NCBI GenBank assembly: GCA_965247115.1
Contig: CBDFGR010000003.1
Coordinates: 2,528,001-2,592,000 of the forward strand
From: Myxococcota bacterium
Lineage (GTDB): Bacteria; Myxococcota_A; UBA9160; SZUA-336
DNA: 64,000 bases
Direction: 5' to 3'
Shown: piece by piece, positions 9,839 through 19,054 of the stretch
Layout: each line of letters begins with the position of its first letter
Numbering within the stretch: the stretch's first letter is position 1
The notes under the pieces: model-generated
Seen by the model: the letters and a program-made list of their open reading frames with translations, nothing else
What the model was told of the DNA's origin: nothing
The model's database searches: none
Made by a program: the position numbers and the translations under genes

Positions 9839-11182
9839 CTAGCGGCTGGACGGGTTCAGGCACTCGAGGGCGAGAGAAAGCTCCGTGCAGCGGTCGCCCA
9901 AGCTCCGCGACTCAGCGCGCTCCACGGAGAGCAGGAACGCGTTGAGGTTCCGGGTCTCGAGGAATCGATAAATACCCGCCTCACTTACGCATTCCTTCTG
10001 CGTAGTAACGGCCGCGATGACCTTCTGCTTGAGGGAATCCTCGCGTCGGTCGGTCTCACAGGCCGCAAGCGATCCGAGCGGAACCCCGCGCAGGCGGCTG
10101 ACCCTTCCGCTGCGGCGCGTTCGCGCGCTCATGTTGCCGTTCGTCCGTCCCACCAGCGGCGCGAGTGCGGGATCCGGCGAGCTCGGCAGTGCTGGAGCGG
10201 TGGGAAGGGGCGGAGCCAGGGCACCGGGCGCGAGCGAGGTGGCCGAGCCCCTTCGCGCCATGCGTGGGGCTCGGGGCGTAGCTCGGGAGGACTCGAGCGA
10301 CTCCGCTGGGAGAGCGGCGGGCCCGGCCGTGATCTGGGGGATCGGCGGTCTGCCCGTGTCGACCCTGGCGACCTGGCGTCGAGCCCTTGCTACGCGTGGT
10401 GCAGCCTCCGCGACCGCGGAGCTCTCGCCGCTAGGCGCGGCCAGCCCGAAGCTCGGAGGGGCTGGCGCTCGCGAAGCCACAGTCGGCCGCAGCCGCTGGG
10501 TCCGGTTCGAAGCTCTGGCCACGTCCCGGAACTCGGCAGGTCGCGAAAGAGGAGCGAGATCCGGAGCCGGGAGTGGGACAGATGGCGCCGTACGTCGGGA
10601 GGGCTGTCGGTGCTCGGGCGGCGGCTCTGGCCTCCTTGGCGCAGCGGCCAGAGCGTCAATGCGAAGTTCGGGTCGCTGTGGCGCCAGGTCGGGCCGTCTG
10701 GGCACGGGCCGGGCGGCGGGTCTCGGTTCGGGCACGACCCGCTGCGCCTCTGGGGCCAGCGGCGGGACGACTTCCAGCATCTTTGGCGGCTCGGGCTCGG
10801 GAACCGACCGCTCAGGGGGCGGCGGTGGGACGGGAGCCGGCACAGGTCTGCGAGCGGGAGGGGGTGGTTCCCGCGCTACCACGAGCTCCGCCGGTTCTGG
10901 CTCCGGCGTCTGGAACGCCACGATCTGGACGCCACCCGTCTCGGAGTCGAGCCTGACCACGGTAAGGGCCGTAGCGATGGCCAGCATGGCAAACAGCGCA
11001 AAGATGCCCGTACTCGTCGCCGCCCGGCGCAGGCTGGGCCTGCTGGGGGCCTGGACGAGCTCCCAGACGCAGTAGCCCAGCCCAGCCCACAGGGGGAGCA
11101 CCGGACGCGATGGGTAGGGCACCGCGCAGATCGGGAGTCGCGCGGCCCCGTAGCCGAAGCAAGCCTCGACCGGCTGCCTCAC
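9839..11182 (-). CDS. Single-TM proline-rich periplasmic protein (TonB/TolA-like architecture) with a 4-Cys C-terminal domain
   Basis: TM segment GIFALFAMLAIATALTVV, PEPEP and PPPP linker, folded C-terminal domain with four Cys; overlaps the stop of the ExbD-like gene. Confidence 0.65.
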   Translation of the reverse strand: MRQPVEACFGYGAARLPICAVPYPSRPVLPLWAGLGYCVWELVQAPSRPSLRRAATSTGIFALFAMLAIATALTVVRLDSETGGVQIVAFQTPEPEPAELVVAREPPPPARRPVPAPVPPPPPERSVPEPEPPKMLEVVPPLAPEAQRVVPEPRPAARPVPRRPDLAPQRPELRIDALAAAPRRPEPPPEHRQPSRRTAPSVPLPAPDLAPLSRPAEFRDVARASNRTQRLRPTVASRAPAPPSFGLAAPSGESSAVAEAAPRVARARRQVARVDTGRPPIPQITAGPAALPAESLESSRATPRAPRMARRGSATSLAPGALAPPLPTAPALPSSPDPALAPLVGRTNGNMSARTRRSGRVSRLRGVPLGSLAACETDRREDSLKQKVIAAVTTQKECVSEAGIYRFLETRNLNAFLLSVERAESRSLGDRCTELSLALECLNPSSR

Positions 11183-11622
11183 AAGCGCTCCGGCCGCCTC
11201 GCTACCGTAGCCCGTCGGTTCTGGGGCCAGACCTCCTCGAGTGCAGTGGCCGCATCCAGCAGATCCTGACTGCGGGAGTCCTGATGTGGAGCAAGCAAGG
11301 GCTTCGCCGCTCCCTCTTCTCGCAGCTCGACGATCCGAGTCAGCAGGGCCCTCCGCTCGAGACGGTCTCCCTCGCCAGGGAAGCCAGGTGGGAGCAGCTC
11401 GAAGGGAGGGACGGCACCTGGCGGATGGACACGGACCTGCCAGGCGTCACCGGCTCCCCTGGAGACGGAGTCTGCGGAGTCCTGGTCGACCTCGGGCAGC
11501 AGGATCTCGCCCAGCTGGGGCGCGTCGGGAACGACCAGCTGTGTCATCGCAATCAGCAGCAGGAACGCGAGATCCACGAACGAGAACAGCCACGAGGGGG
11601 CATTTGCGCTCTCTACCGCCAT
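11179..11622 (-). CDS. ExbD/TolR-like biopolymer transport protein
   Basis: SWLFSFVDLAFLLLIAM TM segment with the conserved Asp, then a small periplasmic domain. Confidence 0.7.
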   Translation of the reverse strand: MAVESANAPSWLFSFVDLAFLLLIAMTQLVVPDAPQLGEILLPEVDQDSADSVSRGAGDAWQVRVHPPGAVPPFELLPPGFPGEGDRLERRALLTRIVELREEGAAKPLLAPHQDSRSQDLLDAATALEEVWPQNRRATVARRPERL

Positions 11623-11694
11623 GGAGGAGTACAGCGGCTGGAGAGGCGAGGGGCTTGAGCGCTCTGAGAGCGCGGCCGGCGTGCGGCTGGAGAC

Positions 11695-14139
11695 CTACCT
11701 CTCGAGCTGATCGATCAGGACCAGGGGCTCCAAATCCGTCTCGTAACGGACCTCACGGGCAACCCGCTGGGCTGCCTCCTCGGACGCATAGGGCCCGAGC
11801 TGTACGAAGTGGACCGGCTCGTCACCCTCCGGGCGCGAGAACACGGTCCCGTCGTAGCCGAGATCGATCAGCAGCTGCAGCAGCCCGATGGCGTCGTGGG
11901 AGTCGTAGAAGAACGCGGCCTGCACGAGAAAGGGGCCGCCGTCCCCGTCGGCCTGCAGCGCCTCGAGCTCCTCTCGGCGCACGCGCTCACGCTCCCGCTT
12001 CTGTGCGCGCAGGTCGGGCAGGAGCGCGACCGGATGCCGCTCGTCGTGCCGCTCCAGCTCGCGCCGCACCGGATTGGGATCGTTCGGGAGCTCTACCCCC
12101 GCGTCGAGCGCCGCCTGACGCTCCGCGAGCTCCTCGGCGGAGTAGCCCGCACTCGCGCCGTCCCGGAACCGCTCGCGCCGCTCCAACGTCAACTGCTCCA
12201 GGTCCTCCGGATCGCGCACAATGTGCGGCGTGAGGATGATCAGCAGGTTCACCTTGCGCACCGTGTCGCTGGTCGTCTTGAATAGCCAGCCCACGATCGG
12301 GATGTCCCCCAGGAACGGCACCTTGCTCTCCGCCACCCCCTGGGTCTCCGAGATGATCCCACCCAGCATCACCGCCTCGCCGTCGCGGACGTAGACCGTA
12401 TTCTCGACCTGGCGGTGGCGCGTCGTCGGACCGAGCTCGTCATCCGTCGACTCCACCTCGCTGATCTCCTGGAAGATCTCGAGGCGCACCGTGTCCCCCT
12501 CGCTGATCTGGGGCGTCACGCGAAGAGTCACGCCGACGTTCTCGCGCGCAATGTTCTGAGAGGTCTGAAAGCCGCCTGCAGCAGAGGGATCGGCCGTCTC
12601 GAGCAGTGTCGTCGGGATCGGGATCTCCTCCCCGATGATGATCTCGGCCTCCTCGTTGTCCGCCGTGAGGATCACCGGCGCAGAGATCAGGTTCGTGTTC
12701 GCATCGTTCCTGGATGCGATCAGCAGGCCCTGAAAGATGGGTACGTTGCCGATTCCCGGTACGAAGATCTGCTTCCCGAGCACGGCCGCGGTGAAGTCCC
12801 CGGCCGTCGACCCGATCAGACCCTCGCCTTTGTTGATCGGGGGGATTCCGGTGGGCTCGCCGAGCGCGCCCGGAGTATCGACTCCGACCGAGAAGAAGCC
12901 CTTGCTGGTGCTGTTCTGGTAGAGCCAGGCAAGTCCCAGGCTCTGGCTGTCGGTGATGTCCACCTCCAGGATGAGCGCTTCGACCATCACCTGTGGCCTG
13001 CGGATGTCGAGGGCAGCGATAACGTCGCTGACGGTCGCGAAGCCTTCTGAGCTGGCCTCGATGATCAAGGAGTTCGTGGGCCCGTCGGCGGTGAAGCGGA
13101 CGCCCGCTCCGAGCTCAGAAATCGCCGCAGCCGCCGCCGCCGAAGCTCCACGCAGCGCCGTCCCGGGGGGTGCAGCCGTCAGCGCAGCGAGCGTCTGCGC
13201 CATCTCCTCGGCGTCTGCGTTCTGGAGGCGGTACACGTGAATCCGTCCAGAGCCCTTGCGCTCGTAATCGAGCAGTCGAATCAGCTTTTCGATCTCGCGG
13301 ATCATGGTCCGCGTCGCTACCACGATGACGGAGTTCGTACGCTCGTCTACCAGGAAGCGCGGCTCTCCCGCAATGCCGACCGCAGCTACCCGTGCCGCGG
13401 CCCGCTGGGCGGCGGGCCTGGCTCGAGGAGCTCTCGCGGCCGGCGCTCCGCGTGTACCCTCGGAAAATCTCTCCTTGAGCTGGGCGACGAGGACCGAGGC
13501 ATCCGCGTACTCGATCGGCACGATCTTTACCTGCTCGCGATACGTCTCGATGTCGATCTGCCCGATGATCGTGAGCAGACGCCGGATGTTGGCGGCGCTG
13601 TCCGTGATGATGAGCGAGTTCGTCGGCTGATACGCAATCAGGCTCGCCGCTCTCGAGATCAGGGGCCGCAGCGTGTTACTGATCGCGTCCGCCTTCACGT
13701 AGCTGAGCGGGATGAGTCGGGTGACGTAGAGATCCCGGTTCGGTACGGCGACCTGGCTCGGCAAGGTCTCGATCGCCGACGCCTTGGCCTCGCTGATCTG
13801 CACGATCTTCAGGGTGCCGCCAGGGCCGGGTACGGTGGTCAGCCCCCTGACCTGAAGAATCGACTCGAAGACACGATAGGCCTCGTCGATCGTGACGGGC
13901 GTCGGTGAGATCACGGTCACCCGGCCGCTGACACGATCCTGGTCGTACAGGAAGTTCTTGCCCGTGAGCTCGGCGATCATGGCGATCACATCGGTGAGCT
14001 CGGTGTTCTGAAAGTCGAGCGTTACCGGCTCGCCCGGACGGGCTTGTGCGCGTGCCACGAGCGGTACGCTCGCCAGCAGCAGCACGAGCAAGATCGGAGT
14101 GGCGCGGATCACGTCATTCCATCGCGAGGCACGCTGCAA
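11695..14139 (-). CDS. gspD: Type II secretion secretin GspD with C-terminal SPOR domain
   Basis: N0 (VTLDFQNTEL..GKNFLYD), repeated N domains (DERTNSVIV, DGPTNSLII), secretin core (RRPQVMVEALILEV, KVPFLGDIPIVGWLFK), SPOR-like tail (FLVQAAFF...FVQLGPYASEEAA). Confidence 0.9.
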   Translation of the reverse strand: MQRASRWNDVIRATPILLVLLLASVPLVARAQARPGEPVTLDFQNTELTDVIAMIAELTGKNFLYDQDRVSGRVTVISPTPVTIDEAYRVFESILQVRGLTTVPGPGGTLKIVQISEAKASAIETLPSQVAVPNRDLYVTRLIPLSYVKADAISNTLRPLISRAASLIAYQPTNSLIITDSAANIRRLLTIIGQIDIETYREQVKIVPIEYADASVLVAQLKERFSEGTRGAPAARAPRARPAAQRAAARVAAVGIAGEPRFLVDERTNSVIVVATRTMIREIEKLIRLLDYERKGSGRIHVYRLQNADAEEMAQTLAALTAAPPGTALRGASAAAAAAISELGAGVRFTADGPTNSLIIEASSEGFATVSDVIAALDIRRPQVMVEALILEVDITDSQSLGLAWLYQNSTSKGFFSVGVDTPGALGEPTGIPPINKGEGLIGSTAGDFTAAVLGKQIFVPGIGNVPIFQGLLIASRNDANTNLISAPVILTADNEEAEIIIGEEIPIPTTLLETADPSAAGGFQTSQNIARENVGVTLRVTPQISEGDTVRLEIFQEISEVESTDDELGPTTRHRQVENTVYVRDGEAVMLGGIISETQGVAESKVPFLGDIPIVGWLFKTTSDTVRKVNLLIILTPHIVRDPEDLEQLTLERRERFRDGASAGYSAEELAERQAALDAGVELPNDPNPVRRELERHDERHPVALLPDLRAQKRERERVRREELEALQADGDGGPFLVQAAFFYDSHDAIGLLQLLIDLGYDGTVFSRPEGDEPVHFVQLGPYASEEAAQRVAREVRYETDLEPLVLIDQLER

Positions 14140-14243
14140 AGGTCGCCCGCATGCGAGCGTGCTTCAAGTGCAGACGCACGTGTCGCTGCTGGCTCACGCG
14201 GAACGAAGAGTCCTCGGATGCTGCAGGCGTTCGCCGAAACGAC

Positions 14244-15476
14244 TCAGCCGTCCGGGTACAGTCCGAGGGCGACGCGGCCGACGTACTCGCGCGCCTCCGT
14301 GGGCGAGAAGGGCTGCATGAACGGCCCCGCACGCACGTCTCTATACAGGCGGGAGAGCTCGTGCCCGCTCATGAAGGCGCCACCTCCGCACACATCCATA
14401 GCCCGCGAGACGATGCGAATCGCGTTCTGGTTTACGATCCACTTGGCGCACTGGTAGTCCCGCATACAAGCGTGCGCGGCCTCCAAGCTCGGGGTCTGGT
14501 CACCGAGCTCGTCGAGGAAGCCGTCGAGCTTCTGCGTCGTGTGAGTGAGCGCGGCCTGCGCGCCAGCGAGCTCGATGTCGATCTCGCCGAGCAGGTGCTG
14601 CACTCCGGCCGCATGCGCGAGCGCGCCGTCGTGCTTCGGCTTGGTCTGAGTGTGCGCGCCAGCGACGGCCAGCTCGCGCGCGCGTTCCGCAATCCCGAGG
14701 AAGACACCCACTAGTGTGATGTTCCCGAGCGTTCGGCCCATCAGCACGCCGGGGTTCCAGCGGCCCCAGCTGCCCGCGATCTGGACGCCGCCTTCGGGCA
14801 CCCTGCAGTCGCGTAGTGCGACCGACTGGCTGCCCGAGGCGCGCATGCCGAGGGCATCCCAGTCATTCTGTGGCTCGAAGCCAGGCGCGTCGGTGGGAAC
14901 GAATGCGAAGCCGATCTGATCACCCCGTGGGTCCGCGATCCGCACGTTCAGGGCGCAGAGATTCGCGGCCGGCGACAGCGTGACGAAGATCTTCCGCCCC
15001 TCGAGAGTCCAGCCCTCATCCGTTCTTGTCGCCGTTGTGCGTGGGCGGAGGAAGTCGGTCCCCGCCTCGGTCGCAGTCGCGCAGATCACGAGCTCGCCGG
15101 CTGCGATCGCGCGCAGCGTCGCTCCGTTGCGCTCCGCAGTAGCGCCATCGTCGCGCGCTCGCGCCGTGCGCCACGCCTGGACCAGGATGCGGCTCACGGC
15201 CAGGTGCATGTTGAGGGCGATGGCGGTCGACGGGTCCCCGCGGCCAAGGCGCGCCAGCCCGATCGCCCAGTCGTGCACGGAAACCAGGCCGAGCCCACCC
15301 AGCTCCCCGGGAACGAACGCTGCGATTGCCCCGCTTTTCTTCAGCTCCTCGAAGCTCTCGCCTGGAAACGAGCCGGCGGCATCGTGCTCGGCAGCACGAG
15401 CCCGGAAGGAGTCGACGTGGCCTTCGGCAATCCCAACGAAGCGCCGACCCGCTTCAGTGCAAGGGTGCAGCTCCAC
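14244..15476 (-). CDS. Acyl-CoA dehydrogenase family protein
   Basis: ATEAG, LEGRKIFVT, WDALGMRASGS, CGGGAF..LSRLYRD; GTG start with RBS. Confidence 0.9.
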   Translation of the reverse strand: MELHPCTEAGRRFVGIAEGHVDSFRARAAEHDAAGSFPGESFEELKKSGAIAAFVPGELGGLGLVSVHDWAIGLARLGRGDPSTAIALNMHLAVSRILVQAWRTARARDDGATAERNGATLRAIAAGELVICATATEAGTDFLRPRTTATRTDEGWTLEGRKIFVTLSPAANLCALNVRIADPRGDQIGFAFVPTDAPGFEPQNDWDALGMRASGSQSVALRDCRVPEGGVQIAGSWGRWNPGVLMGRTLGNITLVGVFLGIAERARELAVAGAHTQTKPKHDGALAHAAGVQHLLGEIDIELAGAQAALTHTTQKLDGFLDELGDQTPSLEAAHACMRDYQCAKWIVNQNAIRIVSRAMDVCGGGAFMSGHELSRLYRDVRAGPFMQPFSPTEAREYVGRVALGLYPDG

Positions 15477-15984
15477 CCGTCTCCCTCTCGCGCACTGGCT
15501 GTCGGCGCTCCGCCTGTCTGCGATGGGCAACTAGCAGGTCGGCCCACCAGGTGCCCATCACGCTCGCGAAGGCGGGGCGGTCCAGCCCGTGCCGCGCTGG
15601 ATCCTCGAGCGGGACGCGATCCCAGCCGCGGTGCTCGACCGTGACGCGGGTCCCACGCTCCACCGCCTCGAAGCGGACCTCGACTTCGGTTTGCTGGCCG
15701 GCCGGGCGCCCCTCGGCCCTGGACTCCCACACGATGCGCTCTGGCGGCTCCCAGACGAGCAGCCGGCCGACTTCGAGCGAGGCGCCGCTCTCGTCGTAGA
15801 CCTCGAGGAAGCGTCCGCCGACGCGTGGCTCGAAACACATGGTGCACGACCGTTCCACAGCGTGGCGATAGCGAGGCCCTCGCCCCCACCAGGAGTCGAC
15901 CTCGTCGGTGAACACCTCGAACGCCGTGCCCGGATCGACGGAGACCAGCGTGGTCACCGTAACGCTGTCGGTGGCGGAGCTCAC
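15454..15984 (-). CDS. SRPBCC (AHSA1/START) domain protein
   Basis: AFEVFT..WW, VWEPPERIV, TEVEVRFE..GTRVTVEHRGW. Confidence 0.85.
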   Translation of the reverse strand: MSSATDSVTVTTLVSVDPGTAFEVFTDEVDSWWGRGPRYRHAVERSCTMCFEPRVGGRFLEVYDESGASLEVGRLLVWEPPERIVWESRAEGRPAGQQTEVEVRFEAVERGTRVTVEHRGWDRVPLEDPARHGLDRPAFASVMGTWWADLLVAHRRQAERRQPVRERETGGAAPLH

Positions 15985-16325
15985 GCCCGCTTGCCTGTTC
16001 GCGTACGCTCCGCCTGTGATTTGAAGGCGTCGAGCTGGTCGGTCCAGAACGCCTCAACGTGGTCGAGCCACTCGTGGAGGTCTGCGAAGCGCTCGCGGCG
16101 CAGTCGATAGATCCGAACGCGGGCGTCGTGCTCGACCCGTTCCTCCTCGACCAGACCGCGCCTGCGCAGCATCCGCAGGTGCCGACTCATGGCCGGGGCG
16201 CTCACCTGAAACGCGGCGGACAGCTCGCCCGCTCGATGAGGCCGCTCGCGCAAGAGCTCCACGACCCGGCGACGAGTCGGATCGGCAAGCGCAGCCAGCG
16301 TGTTGTCGAGATCGCTTGCGAGCAC
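15981..16325 (-). CDS. ArsR/SmtB family transcriptional regulator
   Basis: LAALADPTRRRVVELL...MSRHLRMLR..GLV. Confidence 0.92.
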   Translation of the reverse strand: MLASDLDNTLAALADPTRRRVVELLRERPHRAGELSAAFQVSAPAMSRHLRMLRRRGLVEEERVEHDARVRIYRLRRERFADLHEWLDHVEAFWTDQLDAFKSQAERTRTGKRA

Positions 16326-16334
16326 CCTGTCCTC

Positions 16335-16772
16335 CTACTCCGTCGGGACGATGTCCTCAGGCGCTACGTCGCGCAGGTGCGTCGAGAAGATCCAGCGATG
16401 TCCCTCGGGATCCACCGCGCGGTAGGTGCGGTCACCGTAAGGCTGATCTTCGAGGTCGGTGACCACGGCACCGGCAGCCTTGGCCGTGGCGTGGTGGGTG
16501 TCCACGTCGTCGACGTAGCACATGATCTGGGAGTGATGCGCTGGCAAATCGCGCGGGCTTGCGAGACCCATCTCCTCGTAGACGGAAGCGAGCATCACGA
16601 TGCTGTCCCGATACCCGAGCTCGGCGTGCCCGACCCTGCCGTCTGGCATCGGCACGCGATACCGCTCCTCGAAACCGAAGGCCTTGCAGAGGAACTCGAT
16701 CGCAGCCGGGGCCTCCGCGTAGGTGATGTAGGGGATGATGCGCTGCATACCTTTCGGGGGGTTCTGAGCCAT
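16335..16772 (-). CDS. VOC family protein
   Basis: IIPYITY..AIEFLCKAFGF...DQPYGDRTYRAVDPEGHRW. Confidence 0.88.
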   Translation of the reverse strand: MAQNPPKGMQRIIPYITYAEAPAAIEFLCKAFGFEERYRVPMPDGRVGHAELGYRDSIVMLASVYEEMGLASPRDLPAHHSQIMCYVDDVDTHHATAKAAGAVVTDLEDQPYGDRTYRAVDPEGHRWIFSTHLRDVAPEDIVPTE

Positions 16773-16776
16773 CGCC

Positions 16777-17178
16777 CTATTCTCCTTCGGGACCGAGCTT
16801 GCTGGAGAAGTGCCAGTGCAGCCCCTCCGGGTCCTCGGCAGTGTACTGACGCTCCCCATAGGGCTTGTCCTCGAGCGCGGCGCTGATCTTGGCGCCGGCC
16901 GCTCGTGCTATGGCGTAGTGTGCTCCCACGTCGTCCACGTAGCACATGATGCTGCTGTGGCGGACCGCCGCGTCACGCAGGGGCACAGGCTTGCCCTCGT
17001 CGTCGAGCGGGGTCCCGAGCATGACCACGTTGTCCTGGTAGCCGACCTCCGCGTGCATGAGCGAGCCGTCTCCGCGCGCCATTCGCATGCGCTCCTCGAA
17101 GCCGAAGGCCTTGCACAGGAACTCCAGCGCCGCCGGGCCGTCTTCGTAGTAGACGTAAGGAATGATCTTCTGGCTCAC
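16777..17178 (-). CDS. VOC family protein (tandem paralog)
   Basis: IIPYVYY..ALEFLCKAFGF...DKPYGERQYTAEDPEG. Confidence 0.88.
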   Translation of the reverse strand: MSQKIIPYVYYEDGPAALEFLCKAFGFEERMRMARGDGSLMHAEVGYQDNVVMLGTPLDDEGKPVPLRDAAVRHSSIMCYVDDVGAHYAIARAAGAKISAALEDKPYGERQYTAEDPEGLHWHFSSKLGPEGE

Positions 17179-17260
17179 GAAAGGGCCTCCTCTATTCTAG
17201 GAAGGTCCTTCACTACCACGTCAATCATTAACCGTCAAGTTAACAAAAGAATCGCGATCC

Positions 17261-17842
17261 TCAGTCCATCCGGTAGCGGAGGAAGCTCGAGATGATGAGC
17301 TTGTCGGTCGAGACAGGGACGTTGCCCCGATGCATGTGCGTCCATGCCGTGGGGAAGAGGATGCCAAGGCCCGCGCTGGGAGCGACCTTCAGCCGCTGGT
17401 AATAGAACTCGGTCTCGCCGCCGCGCTCCACGTCGTTCAGATAGATGATGAGTGCCACGAGCCGGCTCTGGGCCTCTTTCGAGAGCGCGTCGAAGTGCCA
17501 TTCGAAGCGCCCCCGCCCCTCCGGGTACATCTGGATCTTGTAGCCCGTCCCCTCGACGGGGTAGACGCCCAGGCTGGGATGGTCCGGGAGGTATGTCTCG
17601 AGCGCCTTGGACACTGCGCCATGCACGCGCGGATAGACGTCCGCCCAGGCGCCCTCCGGCAGGATCGGGAGATCGAGGCTGACCTTGTCGGGGCCCTCTT
17701 GCGGGCCCTCGTCGGCGTGGAGCACCTGGCCAGCCTGCGACTCATCGGAGCTGTAGAAACGGGCAACGATTTCCTCGCAGAGAGCCGGCTCCAGCAGCTC
17801 CTCGACGCACGTGATGAACTCGGTCGTTCCCCGGAAACGCAC
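17261..17842 (-). CDS. 2OG-Fe(II) oxygenase
   Basis: WHFD...IIYLNDVERGGETEF...THMHRG...K. Confidence 0.88.
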   Translation of the reverse strand: MRFRGTTEFITCVEELLEPALCEEIVARFYSSDESQAGQVLHADEGPQEGPDKVSLDLPILPEGAWADVYPRVHGAVSKALETYLPDHPSLGVYPVEGTGYKIQMYPEGRGRFEWHFDALSKEAQSRLVALIIYLNDVERGGETEFYYQRLKVAPSAGLGILFPTAWTHMHRGNVPVSTDKLIISSFLRYRMD

Positions 17843-17876
17843 GCCCCTGCTTCGGTCCTCGACGACCGCGGCTTTA

Positions 17877-18338
17877 CTACGTCGCGTAGCTCAGGGGCAA
17901 GGCGGTCGTGTACTTGATTCGCTCCATCGCGAAGCTCGTGCTCACGTCGTAGAGCTCGACGGCCGTGATCAAGCGCTTGTACACGAGATCGTAGGCCGCG
18001 ATGTCCGGAACGACGACCCGTAGGAGGTAATCGACCTCCCCGCTCATGCGGTAGAACTCGACGACCTCAGGGATGTCGACGACCGCCCGCGCGAAGCGCG
18101 CGAGCCAGTCAGGCTCGTGGTGGCTCGTCCGAATCGCCACGAAGGCGGTCAGTGGCAGGTTCAACTTCTCGGGATTGAGGAGCGCCACGCGGCGCTGGAT
18201 GACGCCAGAGGCCTCGAGCCTCTGGACCCTCCTCCAGCAGGGCGTCGAGGTGAGCCCGACACGCGCGCCGAGCTCGTCGAGGGTCAACAGAGCGTTCTCC
18301 TGGACGCATTCCAGGATCTGACGATCGATCTCATCCAT
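17877..18338 (-). CDS. decR: Lrp/AsnC family regulator, DecR-like
   Basis: GLTSTPCWRRVQRLE, EFYRMSGEVDYLLRVVVPDIAAYD, TSFAMERIKYTTALP. Confidence 0.8.
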   Translation of the reverse strand: MDEIDRQILECVQENALLTLDELGARVGLTSTPCWRRVQRLEASGVIQRRVALLNPEKLNLPLTAFVAIRTSHHEPDWLARFARAVVDIPEVVEFYRMSGEVDYLLRVVVPDIAAYDLVYKRLITAVELYDVSTSFAMERIKYTTALPLSYAT

Positions 18339-18353
18339 GGAAGTCTCTCCCAC

Positions 18354-18468
18354 TCGATCAAGGATCTATCGGTAAATTTTCCTACCCTATCGCCGATATA
18401 GTAGAAAAATTGGAAGTACATTTCGCCACTCTCCGGGTATCTTTTCTGCCATTGGGTGGGGGCCTCGG
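18354..18468. promoter_or_regulatory. AT-rich divergent promoter region, probable Lrp/DecR operator
   Basis: Visibly AT-rich (gtaaattttcctac, gtagaaaaattgg) between divergent regulator and dioxygenase genes in GC-rich DNA. Confidence 0.5.
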
Positions 18469-19053
18469 ATGAGCGCAAACCTTGAATCCGTCTCGTCTGC
18501 ACCGGCACTTCCCTTCGGACTTCGGGGCATGCTCGCAGAGCTCGACGCGTACCGGGAGCCGATTCCCCTGGCGGTTCTCTGCGTGGCCCTGCAGCGGCTC
18601 GCCGTGGCTATCGGCGACCTCGTTCCGTTCGCCTGCTTCGACGAGCGCTGCTATCGCCGCACGAGACTCCATCTCGGGCCCGCCTACGAGGCTCTCCTGC
18701 TGTGCTGGCGAGCGGGACAGCGCAGCCCCATTCACGATCACCGTGGCTCGCGCTGTGCCTTCCGGGTGATAGAGGGCGTCGGCGCCGAGTCCGTGTTCGA
18801 ACGCAGCAATGCAGGACTGATCTATCCGACGATCACGACCGGGCACCCGCAAGGGTCCGTCTGTGCAGCCGAGGACAGCGACATTCACCAGGTCTCGAAC
18901 CTCCAGCCGGGCGAGGACCTTGTCACCCTCCATGTCTACTCCCCACCGCTCCACCTCATGAACACCTACTCCCTCACGGACTCGTTTGTCCGGGAGGTAG
19001 CGTCCGGTGAGCTAGACCCCGAGGTCTGGCTGCGAGCGGGAGAGGGGATCTAG
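18469..19053 (+). CDS. Cysteine dioxygenase (type I thiol dioxygenase)
   Basis: YRR, SPIHDH...IHQV 3-His site, TLHVYSPP. Confidence 0.88.
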   Translation: MSANLESVSSAPALPFGLRGMLAELDAYREPIPLAVLCVALQRLAVAIGDLVPFACFDERCYRRTRLHLGPAYEALLLCWRAGQRSPIHDHRGSRCAFRVIEGVGAESVFERSNAGLIYPTITTGHPQGSVCAAEDSDIHQVSNLQPGEDLVTLHVYSPPLHLMNTYSLTDSFVREVASGELDPEVWLRAGEGI

Positions 19054-19054
19054 G

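Noticed and set aside
15454..17178. VOC-VOC-ArsR-SRPBCC cluster as a novel system
   Set aside because: A common arrangement; the tandem paralogy is unremarkable.
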